Assembly: GCA_023231475.1 (NCBI GenBank)
Contig: JALJEE010003211.1
Coordinates: 1-64,000, forward strand
Source: Seison nebaliae
Lineage: Eukaryota
Direction of reading: 5' to 3'
DNA length: 64,000 nucleotides
A model generated the notes under the pieces. It worked only from the letters and a program-made list of their open reading frames with translations. It ran no database searches and was not told the DNA's origin. The translations under genes and the position numbers were made by a program. Of the stretch, positions 1 to 12,358 are shown one piece after another (the stretch's first letter is position 1; every line of letters starts with the position of its first letter).

Positions 1-130
1 TTTTCAAATTTATCTCGTCATTCGCCTCTTGAATAATAGTATCAACCATTGTCTGCGTGAGATTATCAGTTGGCAAACTGAGATCGTCCTCCGCTTCTTC
101 ATTAGCTTTATTATTTTTTATAGTTGACAT
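1..130 (-). CDS. 5' end of an unidentified protein-coding gene running off the left edge
   Basis: ATG at 130 opens a stop-free frame MSTIKNNKANEEAEDDLSLPTDNLTQTMVDTIIQEANDEINLK to the window edge; too short to assign. Confidence 0.5.
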   Translation of the reverse strand, partial: MSTIKNNKANEEAEDDLSLPTDNLTQTMVDTIIQEANDEINLK

Positions 131-397
131 GTCAAAAAAAAAAAATTTTTTTCCCTTTTTTTTTGAAGATATTCTATTTTTTCCATCCTCTTTAATATAT
201 GATGTTTATTGATTCTATCCATATTCCATTTTAATTGTCAACAAAACATTTGAGGACTAATCAAACTCTCATCAAAGTAACTTCAAAACATGTTTTCCCA
301 ATAAGAAAACAAATTTTTTTCTTTTGTTTTTTTTTATCACCAAACAACAATTTATCACATTAAAATCAATAAAATTTTATCAAAAATAAATTTTTAT

Positions 398-3300
398 TTA
401 TTTATTGAATGATATATCAAGACATATTGACGATGTCCATTTGAAATTAGAATCCTAAAAAATACGAGATATAAGAAATGATTTCAAAGGAGAAAATAGT
501 GAAGGAAACACAAACTTGTTTTTTCTTAACAATTGATTCTATAATTAAATTCGACTTATTTGGTCGATCATATGCCAACGTGTATTCATCATAATTATTC
601 AAGTCTACATAACCGTTTTGATCAATTAACCATGATAGTTCATGACCATGAATATCCATTTGGAATTGAATGATATTAATCTTATTCTTTTGTCGTTTAC
701 CTACGAACTCTTTGTCCATATCTGAATTTGATTATTTTAATTTGGAATTCTTTAAATTCAAACTCTTTTCTCTTACGATAATCGTTATATCTTCCCAATC
801 CTTCTTATTCTTCGAAATGTTCAAGTAAAACGTTGAAATTCTTTCAAATCTCTTTTTCAGTTTCCACATAGCTTGTCGATTCTTCTCCAAAATATCTTAT
901 CGATATATTTAATTCAATAAGAATAATTTAATGAGAAAACGAAAAGAACTTTGATATGTAACGAATTCGTCTTGCAATTCTTCTGATTTATCATGAAGGA
1001 ATCCTGAAAATGTAAAAAAACTAAATTGAAGAAATTTAATAAAGAATTAGAAATTTGAAAAAAAATTGAAAACTTTTTAATTTTCGTCAAAAATTTTCCA
1101 CTAATTGTCTCATATTCATAAAACGTTTCAATAGTTATTGGAAGTTGAGATTTCTCATAATTTGACACCAAATTAAATTTATCTGAATCATAATGGAATT
1201 TTAATGAATTGTTGATGATATCTTTATCAAATTGAATAAGATTCTTAATAATTCCAGTTTTTGAAAAAGTTTTTTCACGAATGAATTCTGATAAAGAGAT
1301 CAATTGCTCTTTTTTTATTTTTGATTTAGTATCTTTCCATTCTTTCTCATAATAACGACTATATATTTTCGAACGTTTTATCTTACAATTTCGTTTCTTC
1401 TCGTTATCCAATAAATCTCCGAATGAAATTAACTTATCTTCATCTACTTCATGAGATAAGTTGACATTAAATGATTTTGATAGGAAGAAATTCTCTTTGA
1501 CAATTGGCAATTTGTGATTAAGAAGAGATTTATTTTTCTCCTTCGAATTCACCGACTTTAACTTCACCAAAATATTTTTATTCATTTCAATCAGTTTTAA
1601 TTCATTTCTTAGTAAACTGATAGCATTCGATAAGAATCGATTATCGATTTCAGTCAAATTCGAACAATCTTTAAACAGAAATTTGGAATTTGAAGAATTA
1701 TCAACTCAAAAGAAACTGTTTAGATGAAAATGAATTTTGCTTTTTGGTGATAATTCTAAAAATTCTTCGATGGATTTCTCGACTTTTGATGATAGAATAT
1801 TATAATTATAAATCAGTATGACCACTTCTAAATTCTGTAGATCTTCCTTCTTCTGTTCGTGAAATAAAGTCTAATGGTTTTGAGAAGAAAATAATTAAAG
1901 AAACGAAAAAAGTTCAAAATTCAAACTTTGAAGTTTTCCAAATCCAACAACAACGTACAATTTTTCATATTCTCATATTTGTTGGAGATGGATTGATAAT
2001 TCTGGAATGATTGAGTGACATTATCCGATAAATTTTTCTGGATATTCTCCAACCAAATGGTTATGGGCAATAAATTCTTTTCATTTAATTTTATTGGAGT
2101 TGAAGTAAAATAAGATTTGTTGGGAGAAGTTGTTTGAATATAAACATTATGTCCTAAATTGGAATTCTATAAACGAAATTTGAAATCTCTTCTGAATGTT
2201 TTATTATTAACCAAGAAATCCTTCAATTGTATCTTGATTACTTCCAAATAATCTTCCATCACTAACGAAACATCGATCAATATAAAATAATATTGAGATT
2301 TGTCGAAATAGTCGAATAGTTCCCAACGACTTTCTATCACTTCTGACAACTTATTCTTAATAATCTCATTCAGTTTATTTATCGTTTTCATGTAGTTGTT
2401 GAAGGAATTGTCGTCGATTTGGAAATGCCACATCTCATCTTCATATTGAATTGGTGGACTGAAGCGATCCTTGCAATATTTTGAGCAACTTAAAATATTG
2501 GACGATTTCTAAAAAATCTTTTTAAATTTTCTAAAAAAAACATTTCCTAAACTGAATTGTCGGTAAAGGATAATTCCAATTGGCTTAATTTTTTTGAACG
2601 ATGAATATTCTTTGTCATTTTCTCTAAACGAACTTCCTCGTAATATGGAGCGATCTTTAATCGCATATCGTCTTGACAATGTCGGAACGCTAATTTTTGT
2701 TCAGAAAAGAATTGAGGTATTGTCAATTTCATTGCTCTAATAGCATTCTCCCGAATCCACATCGTAACAGGACAATTCCATTCATTCTCCTCATTCAACG
2801 AATAATCTAAATATGTTTCAGTTAGTTTCTTTTTCAAATTTTTTAAAACTTTTTTCAATTTGACCATAAATATTTCGGAGAATTTTCAACGTTTCTTTCC
2901 CTTCTTCAATCTCGTTCCAAATCGGTGTTTGCCACGAATTATTGTGTACATCCTTCATCATTTCCAGATTAGTCGATTTGATTATTTCTGAAAATTGAAA
3001 AATGAAAATGTGAAGAAAAATTCTTGAAACTTTTCTTTTTACATATTTCCACAGCCGTTTCCTGCAATAATGATAGAAGTTTTTTTTCTGAAAATTTTTC
3101 TTTATTGTCCATGATAGTAAATAAGACGGATTGGGGACTGATGGAAATATAATAAAATTTTTTCGACTAATAAATTTCATTGAGAGATGATTATGTTGAT
3201 TGTAAAACTTGAAACTTTATCATATAATGACTCAAATCGATTCATATCGATATTATTCGTGACGAGTGAAGTATTGATATTTGAAAGATCGTTAAATAAA

Positions 3301-4223
3301 TCCATCCAAATAATGAATGCTGCTAGAGTGGTCGGAGAAGTGTCTTTCAGTTCCTTCTCAGATGAATAGAAGATATTAGAGAAATTTTCGTTGATCTTCC
3401 TAGAAACAAATTAAAATTTTTTATGAAAAATTTTATAATTTCCAACATGATACAATTGAATTGGGAGACTGATAAAAGATTCTCATACAAATATTCTTTC
3501 AAATAATTTAATGATGTTGAATAGTTTAATAAATCTTTTTTGGATAATATCGTGAAATCGGTGATGGACGGAAAGAATTGGTGGAAGTCGATGAGAATGA
3601 TTGAAGGAACATTTCCATCAAATTTCAAATATTCTAAATTTTTTATAGCAGAAATATTAATTTGGTATTGGATTCGTTCGTAATATATGGAAAGTGTTGT
3701 AGTTACCGATTGAATATATCGATAGAGAATTGATGAATCACATGTTAACTGTAAACAATGGGGATGAATTTATCAATTTTAATATCTCATTAAAAATCAT
3801 GGAATAAAACTTTATACTTATCATCATTGATTTTAAATATTTTGGGCTCATCTTTCCCAAACGATCTCTCGTATAACCTCTCAACAACATCTTCAATAAT
3901 TTAAGATTTGATAATTCAATTTTGATAAATTTTCATGCGTAATTTTCAAAAGAAATGTTATTGAAATGAGATAAATTGACAATATTTCAAGAAAATATTT
4001 TGTATAAAAATGGAAATTTAAATTAGGAAAAAGAAAGAAAGAAACCAGCAGAATTCTGTTTTTTACTAATATCGTGAAGAATTGTGGGAAGTAATAATTT
4101 TTTGTTTTTTAATCCATGAACATCCAGCCATTCCTGAGAAGAGGAAGGATGGGAAATGAAATCATAATAATTGGAAATCGAGCTTCCATATTTCTCTCTA
4201 ATACTATCGTAAAGTTCATTCAT
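398..4223 (-). CDS. VWA3B: VWA3B-like protein (von Willebrand factor A domain-containing 3B), multi-exon
   Basis: SSQEWLDVHGLKNKKLLLPTIL resembles the VWA3B N-terminal motif SSEKWLQLHGLKSNKLTLKQIL; also IWNEIEEGKETL and a second repeat MWIRENAIRAMKLT..FRH. Exons join in frame via GT-AG introns (e.g. 3891-4045). 3' exons are less certain. Confidence 0.7.
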
Positions 4224-5371
4224 TTCACCTTCATTCAAACAATTTTACACGTCTTAATGCATTGATGAAATGTTATTTTAATGTTAGAACTCATGTTGTC
4301 ATGGTGATGGGAAAGGAAGGCTAATAAACAATCGAAGTAATAAATAAATTTATTATTTTAAGATATTATTTTTTAATGATTGAAAGATGTTTATTATTTT
4401 TGTTTATTCGCTCATTCAGGTTTGGAGTTAATAATTCAACGGTTTAAACAAAGGAGATGTTCGTTCACTAATTTGAATTCGATGGAGCTCATTAGATGAA
4501 CGTTCTCTCTATATGAAAGAGAGAAGTGTAGTCGATTTGTTTCGACGGATAATTGATAGTTGGGTGGGACCAAAATTGAAATTTACCAATTAACTAATGG
4601 ATAAATAAATTTCAGATTTTCGTGAAGAAGAAACACATTGAAATCGTCAAGGAAATAGTAGGATGTTACTCGCGTGGGAAATGGTTTAGTGAAAATAGAT
4701 GGCGTATTAAACGTTGAAGAATAAAATAAAGAAATTTAAAAGATTTTATGAGAAAAATTGAAAGAACGATTGTGAGATTAGGAAGTGGAGGGAAGATGAC
4801 GTACATGACCTAATCGAAATAATCGTGTAAGAAAACAGTTTCTTTTAAAATCGGAGATCTGATAGAAGAATAAGCTGCACAGGAAAACATTGGATGAGAT
4901 GATTGAAATGATGAGTTTAATGTTAGTGACTTGTCGAGTCTACACCGAATAAATAAAGGATGATATTAAAAGAAAAGTCGGGCAGTATGTCATTATTGAG
5001 ATGAGGAAGGTGAAAGGGATAAATCTGATTAGAAAATCTCCAAACAATAGGTTGAGAGACGTTGAGAGACTGAAAAGAAGCGTCCTCGTTATTCATCGTT
5101 CAACAACGAAGACAATAAAGAAGGAAGGCAAATAAAAGGTTGTTAATATATCGTGAAGGTCTTTCCTCCCTCAAATGTAGTTGACTTTCATAAAATTGCT
5201 ATCTCTCTCCCACTTACCGATGACATGCAGATTGAGATAAACTTTTTTAAATGACGACATATAATTTCGCCTGATTCGTCTCAATATAAATACCAATGAC
5301 TTTCGACCAAATGATTTACATTCACTAATATCTCTAGAATTTCTTTCTTTCAACCGGTTCACAATTCCACC

Positions 5372-6016
5372 ATGACTACCGTTACATACCGTCAACAATA
5401 CTATGGCAATAATCAGAATAATTACCAGAATAGTCTAGTCGAATATTATCTGCGCAATAGTAGGCAACCAATTCTCCTGTTCGGTAGTGCTCAATGTTCG
5501 TTCTGTGTCAAAGCCACAGCTTTTCTTAACTCCTACTCCATCCCTTACGAGTACATTGATGTCACTCAACTTGATCAAAGTGTTCTAAAATATGAGTTCG
5601 AAAATATGACGGGAGCTTCCACAATTCCTCGAATTTTCATTAACAATTATTGCATCGGCGGATACGACGACTTAATCCGATTAGCTCAACAAGGATTCTT
5701 AAGGAATTTCATTCCCAAAACTAATCAAACTACTAAACAACAATCTCCCGCCAACTACGTTTCCAGACAGTCGAGCACTCATCGACGACCTGTGAACAAG
5801 CAATACCGTCATTCCATCAATATCGCCCAAGAGAAACATCAACATCAACCAAACATGTACAATAAATCGACGAAGCCGCCAATTCCAACTCGACCAAAAT
5901 CGGACGGCGTCGTCCTTCGGACAATGAACCAACGACCAGTCAATAGTGAAAAAAACCGACGACCAATTTCAATGCCTCAAACAAACCATCGAAGTAGCCG
6001 TCGATGGGTTTATTAG
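5372..6016 (+). CDS. Dithiol glutaredoxin with a Q/P/R-rich C-terminal extension, intronless
   Basis: CSFC active site, TIPRIFI cis-Pro motif, CIGGYDDL motif. Confidence 0.9.
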   Translation: MTTVTYRQQYYGNNQNNYQNSLVEYYLRNSRQPILLFGSAQCSFCVKATAFLNSYSIPYEYIDVTQLDQSVLKYEFENMTGASTIPRIFINNYCIGGYDDLIRLAQQGFLRNFIPKTNQTTKQQSPANYVSRQSSTHRRPVNKQYRHSINIAQEKHQHQPNMYNKSTKPPIPTRPKSDGVVLRTMNQRPVNSEKNRRPISMPQTNHRSSRRWVY

Positions 6017-7668
6017 AATAGTAGACAAAAGAAAAATTAGGAAAAATTATAATCCAGAAAAATTATAATTTGATATACTCAGGTAAAAACTAATTCCTCA
6101 TTTGAACATTATATTCCAACCAAAACAAAATGTACATTATCTTTTCTCAAATCTTTTCACTTCTTCTCATCTTAATATTCCGTTATTATTACGTCACATT
6201 ACCATAATCAATAATCGAAAATTTTAATCCATTTATCGAAAACATAACAAACTAACAAGTAAGTGAACAGATTCTCTTTTTTCATTTTGACCATCTGTTT
6301 ATTTTTCATTGTTTTTTACTCAACACAAATGGACTGAACCATATTCGATTGATCAATCAATTATCTATTTGATCAACACCAAAAGAAAATATTTCTTTTA
6401 TTTATTAATTTTATGATATTAAATAAAAAAAACTTTATGGAAAATTAAATTTTCAAAATTTGGAAAGTTCAATTCGGAATTTTCTTTTTCAATTAAGTTC
6501 ATTTCTATGATATCTGATTCATATGTATCACATGAATTTTCTATAAATTTGAAGTGGATGAAATCATAAAATTTCATTAAACTAACATAATCACCGCGTA
6601 ACATCCATATCACCACATAATCAAGTAAGAACAATAAAATGAACATGAGAACAATCATATAATTATCAAATTTATATTTTGCTTGATTTTTATATCTTTT
6701 TATATTTAGTTATTATTATTATTTATTGATTAAAATTCCCGTGCTAATATGTTATATTAGAACTAATAGTTAGTAACTATTAGTCATTGTTATTTATTTC
6801 GAATTAGAAGATGAAATGTTGTCACATTGATAAATTTCAACTTAATACACGAATAGGACTCTAGCATAACCCTCAACCACTTCAAAATAGAATTGGACAT
6901 GTGAAATAAATGTTATCTAACTCGTCTCTGAATAATTACCCTTCCTACATCTGCCGAGGTCATAGCTTACTTTTTGCCAATTGTGCTTTCGAAACATTCA
7001 ATTGTGTCCCATTACATTTAGTTCTCTACAATATATCACATCTTTTACAACTAACTTTTTATTTAAAGGTTAATATTGTAGTTGATACCTCCACAATTTG
7101 AGAATGTCTATGACATATGTTCTTATGATTTGGACGTTCATTGAATTATTTCATAGTGTTTAAGACAAGAACAATAAAGATCTTTAACATTTACAGTGAT
7201 CTATCTCATTTTCTTTTTAATTTACCCCGAAAGGATTTGATTTTATAATATATAAATAAAAAATAGAATAAATGAAAACTTTTCAATATTTAATTAGTTA
7301 TCCAAAAAATATGATAAAATGAAATGAAATTAGATGAAATTAATGAAAGTGATATCAGATTATATGGTTATGTGGAAGTTGAAGTACATTTATAATGAAA
7401 AATAAATCGAAACATGACATGAAAGCGATAAATGGAATAAATATTATTTTTCTGTCAAGATTTTTAAGAGAAAAACTTGAAAAATTTTAAGATAAAATGT
7501 ATGAAATTGAATCGGAGAAATTATTCGAAGACTGTTAATAGAACATGAATTGAATCTTCCCTCAACATTTGACTATGTACAGATGGAACACATGTCAGAT
7601 TATCATTTGTGTGTTAATGAACTGATCAAACTAGTTTCCTTACAATTCATCGTGTTCTGATTTTCTTA

Positions 7669-9045
7669 TTAATTTTCATCTGCTCCATACAATTCCTTTC
7701 CATATAATTCGGTGAGATTCCGATATTCAGTTGTTCTGATTTTCGCATATTTCACATAATCGAAATCGATTGACGAATAAAGCGATTGAGTGAATGACCA
7801 AATAATCCATAAGAGATGAGACGCCAACATAAATTTCTTAATTCTGTTCAAAATTTTCAATGTTTCCTTTTCAATGTCGTCTTGATTCTCTTCGCTGTCA
7901 CCATTCTCCTGATTATGCTTATGATTTCCTTTACCGTTCATTATGGAACTAGTCACTCCATTAACTTTCTTATTCTCACCATTATTCATATGATTATTCT
8001 CATCATTATTCATATTCTTATTATCGTTTTGGAATCGTTTCGTCTTTTCTATTCTTCGACGACAAGTCACATAATCTCGAATGAATCGTATTTGAAATTT
8101 ATTTGATGGTAATTGAGAATAGTCTACCGTTTCCAATCCGGCGAATTCAACAAAATGATTAGCAATATCAAATTCAGGATAATTAAATCCTGAATATTCG
8201 AAATCGATAAAATTCATTTTATCTATAAATTTAATGATTGGAATTGAATTATAAAAATGTTTTGAAAATAAAACTTTTTTCTTCTGAATAAATTATATTG
8301 TTGGATAAGAGATCATTATGACAGAATACTAATTCACTGTGATCATTTTCCAAAAATTTTGATAATAAATCGATTTCCTTCACCAATTCCATATGACTAC
8401 TCCATCCATGGATTTTCCTTTCAAATATCACTTCCGTTAATATATTGACCAATTTGTACATCATTTCAAATGTACTCGTCAATCCATAATTATCAATCTT
8501 TTTCGATAATGATGTCATATCAGCCAAATGGAATCGTGCCATTTCTTCTGCAATTAATCTTTGAAAAGTTTTCTTTAATAGAATTGAATTTGAAGTGAAA
8601 GAAGAAGAACTTTGATAATTTTTCATTTTTCAAATCCATTGGTGATAATGGTCGACCTTCCTGATATTGATAAATCATTCCATTGCAGAATGTTCCGATG
8701 ATTCCAGCAGCTAGATGGTTTTGGTGGAGAATGTTGATCTTTTCAATCTCACTAACACGATCGAGAAAAATATGAGTTCCATATCCATAGACGCGCATCA
8801 AAAGTTTCTCATTTCCATGTTTGATTTGATATAAGGAATTGGTGACTCCTCCTGTCAATTCCTTATTTGGAAATTATGATAAATATTTATTGAAAAAAAT
8901 AAAGATAAACTTTAAATATAATTTCGTCACAATTCCATTCAGGTAGAACGATATTAATGAGATATTTAATTGACTTATCAGCATTATTCCTATCAAAATT
9001 AATCGAGGACAATTCGAATCGATTAATCTGATTAATTTCAGTCAT
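7669..9045 (-). CDS. ETNK: Ethanolamine kinase (choline/ethanolamine kinase family), 4 exons
   Basis: LTGGVTNSL, LMRVYG, FCHNDLLSNN, FIDFEYSGFNYPEFDIANHFVEFAG, SHLLWIIWS, IDFDY. Introns 8862-8910, 8559-8610 and 8223-8274 restore the frame. Confidence 0.93.
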
Positions 9046-10675
9046 ATTGAGAGAAATAAAGAAAGAAAACAGAAGAAAAGAATAGTCTCTATAAAAAAAA
9101 ATCAAATTTGCTCTATTTTCTTTTGTCTTTAAAATTTTGTTTTTCTTTCATTTATATATCGAACAATTTTGGAAAAGTTTTAAGGCGTGAACCAAAAGAA
9201 GATACTCCCTGAAATATATGAAAACACTTATATGAAGTTACATAGGCAAAAAAAAATTAATTATAAAATTTAATTGACAAATTGAGAGACAAAGTTGGAG
9301 ATAATATCGTTTCTTTTCATTTTCATAAGAAAACATAAGAGAAAAACTCCAAAATTATATGAAATTTCTTAGTCATTCATTTCTCAGCTAATCATTCAAC
9401 AAGTTGAATGTGCATAAAACGTCAACTTTTTTTCTTCCAATCAACTTTAACAAATCCAAATAATTTACAGACTTCGAGACACATGAGAATTCTCTCATTT
9501 TTTTTTCGTTTTAGCTTGTGAACTCGCGTGAGAAATATTTTCTTATCGTTCTATAAGTGTGTTCCAATTCAATATCAAATTCCACATCCAACTTCATCAC
9601 TATGATGATTATGTAATCGTTATGGTACGATTATCTTAATGAAACATGTCACTGTGTTACATTGAGAACGGAAAGACATTACTCCATCAATCTTTCAATG
9701 AATAATTAAGAGGAGAAAGATGAAATCGTAAAAAATGACCAACACTTACATCAACTCACCATCATATAAACATTCGTTCAACGCAAACATTGACAGAAAT
9801 TAGGTATGACTGACTGACTGACTAAAAAAATTGAACGAATCGTCCAATTTAATCTACTTCTCTATAATAACTTACTGAACGTAGGACTACTTGTCCACTT
9901 GGACATTTATTAAAGAAATATTTTTATTCTGATGGACATTTCTTTCTTACTTAGTTTTTCTCGTCTAATCGATTTCATTGAATAAGTGTTCGTTGTGATG
10001 TGTTGAAGAATTGTCTAGTTAGCAACGAATGAACTTTAATTTTATTCTGTTTATGTCCTTATTAGTTAGTACCTTAACAGTTATCTATTTATACAAATTC
10101 TTCAGTCTTCCATATATTATGTGGGAAAATGTGGAAAGGAAATTTTTTTGAAAAATGTGATAAGCAAATTGAAAAGTTTGTTAAGAGAATGAAGAACTAT
10201 ACTTACAAACTGACAAAATCTCACATACTTTCTCATCCGACCAATTTATGGCTGACTGAATTTATTAAATTCAGTTTAAGTTAGAAAGAATTCTCAAATT
10301 TCCTTCAATGAGAATTTGATGAATACAATGAGAATATTATATGAGGGAAACAACAAGTAAACGTAAGTTACGATTGTAACTATAACGAGAACGTGTCATA
10401 AAATGCAGTGAACATGTTATTCATATTTCCAGTAGAACAGTTGGTTTCTTTTCATCAAATTTTTTATTATTATTTCATCAAACAGAAAAGATAGACGACC
10501 TTGATGAAACTGAAAAGAATTGTCGACTTAAAATTAGACGAGTTGAGAATTAACATAAATGACAGAAATTTTGACGAAAAATAATAATATTTTATTTGAA
10601 AAAGATTAAGCAATGTCTCAAAAAGAAAAGTAATCGAAAAATAGAGGAAAAATTGAATAAAAAAAAATTAATAAA

Positions 10676-11089
10676 TTATTCAGGTTTTATTGTTCCCATT
10701 GCTGTGGATGGATCTGGTGCTTGACCAGGAACACCACCATTTGGACTGGCAGAAGCCACTAATTTTTGTCCGACTAGATCGTGAACGTCCAAATATTTCG
10801 CCACACAACGATCCAGACAAACATTCTCTCCTTTCGACAAATCTGAATTACGATAAGAACTTCCTATGCATTTCTCTCGACATGACGACACCATTCTGAA
10901 ATGAGAAGCAGATGTTTTTATTGTAAACGACCAAATTGAAGTTTTTTATTAAATCGATATTTTTTTTTTTCGAGGGAAGAAAAAGAAAGAATTAAAAGAA
11001 ATTACTAACAATACTCACCGTTCATATAAATCTTTCATCATTTCAACTTCAAGACTATTGATAAATTCCATTTGACTTTGTTGATTCAT
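10676..11089 (-). CDS. TIMM10: Mitochondrial import inner membrane translocase subunit Tim10, 2 exons
   Basis: LEVEMMKDLYERMVSSCREKC...LSKGENVCLDRCVAKY twin CX3C motif; intron 10896-11018 (GTGAGT...CAG). Confidence 0.95.
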
Positions 11090-11237
11090 GATTGTGCTTG
11101 GAGAAATGACGGCAGACTAACTATTTTTATTTGAAATAAACGAGTTGCAATTACGATGTGCTAGCAATGGTTAAAGCTTAAAATTTGAATTTTCGAAAAA
11201 TTTTAATACTGATTTGTTTTCCATTTTAGTGAATATT

Positions 11238-11397
11238 GATTGGAATTACTGCATCTATGTCAATTACGCGCAGATTAATGCGCGTATTAATACGTATACG
11301 TCAAACATCTAATTGAATTTAACTGAAATTTCATTTTCTTTTTCATTTTTAGAAAAGAATACATAGTTTATCTATTTAATTTCAATATTTATATAAG
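11238..11397. promoter_or_regulatory. Probable bidirectional promoter upstream of TIMM10
   Basis: ATTGG (CCAAT on minus) near 11239; CpG-rich palindromes tacgcgca-N6-tgcgcgta 11265-11286, cgtattaatacg 11283-11294, acgtatacgt 11292-11301; TATA-like tatataag near 11390 on plus. Confidence 0.4.
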
Positions 11398-11414
11398 GGT
11401 GCCTCATGAAAAAT

Positions 11415-11706
11415 GGAAATATAAAAGTCTACCCTGAGAGGCAGGGTAGCATTAGGGGTGTTGATATGGATGGAGAACTTTGAAGATGGTTTGAAGAATG
11501 TCATCTATCAATTTTCTCCATCCACATCAACTTCTTTTAATGCTATGACTTCTCGTACAACTAATGATACGGCAATCTCCAGATAATTCTGGAGAATTCT
11601 TCTTTCAATCATATAATGATTGATAGACTGAAATGAATAATTACATATCAATATTTCCTATTTATCTGGAAAAATCTTGGGTTGGACATTCAGTCAAAGA
11701 TATTTT
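11415..11706 (+). ncRNA. Candidate structured non-coding RNA (multibranch fold, unknown family)
   Basis: Nested stems ggaaatat/atatttcc and agtcta/tagact enclose four or five hairpins, including a ~100-nt hairpin with G-U pairs; then a terminal hairpin and T4. See findings. Confidence 0.5.
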
Positions 11707-12358
11707 AAATTGGGAAATGAAATAAGAACAAATCAGCAAATCAATTTATCTCATCCCACAAGGTGGATAATATCGTCAAATAAGAAATAATGCTTATTGA
11801 AACGTTTGGTTCAAATTAAATACTCATTTTATTTTAATAATGCTCAATATATATCCTAACGATATTATTTAATTATTATAAAATCAAATCCCAATCCCAA
11901 CCAATCCCCCCAGGATGAATTAAAAAGAAAATGAGATAATTCACTGTACATGAGAAAATGACAAATGGGATTCTTCGCTAGAATGAATTTAAAAAATAAG
12001 AAGAACGCTTCAATCCGCTGATAGAAAACATATATGCTTTATTAAATAGACTTACAACAACCAAGAAACATTCTAATTGTTCTGTTATATGAAACGGTCG
12101 AGATTTAGCAAGAACTTATGAGTGTTGGACAAAGAAACTACAAAGCCAGAAAAGTAGTAAATGACGAATAATTATTATTATCATTCAATTTCAATCCAAT
12201 TTCCTTAATGGAATTATAACTTTATTAATAATTTTTCTTCATCTTTATCATAATAAATTTTTTGAATTCTTAATTATTCTTATCACATTTATAAAGAAAA
12301 GTTAATTGAAGAATTAACGAACAAAAAGAGACATGATGAGAGGATTAATTTCTAAAAA

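Noticed and set aside
6419..6658. 79-aa ORF with a hydrophobic N-terminus
   Set aside because: Composition is what AT-rich non-coding DNA gives by chance; no motif support.
11430..11450. taccctg resembles the miR-10 5' end (and ccctgaga resembles miR-125)
   Set aside because: The match stops after 7-8 nt and sits in a short hairpin, not on a pre-miRNA arm.
11420..11640. RNase MRP/P-like words (aaagtcta...tagactga, GAGAG loop)
   Set aside because: No room for P5/P7, and no CR-IV or AC-containing CR-V; the pairing is nested rather than a P4 pseudoknot. Kept only as an unknown RNA.
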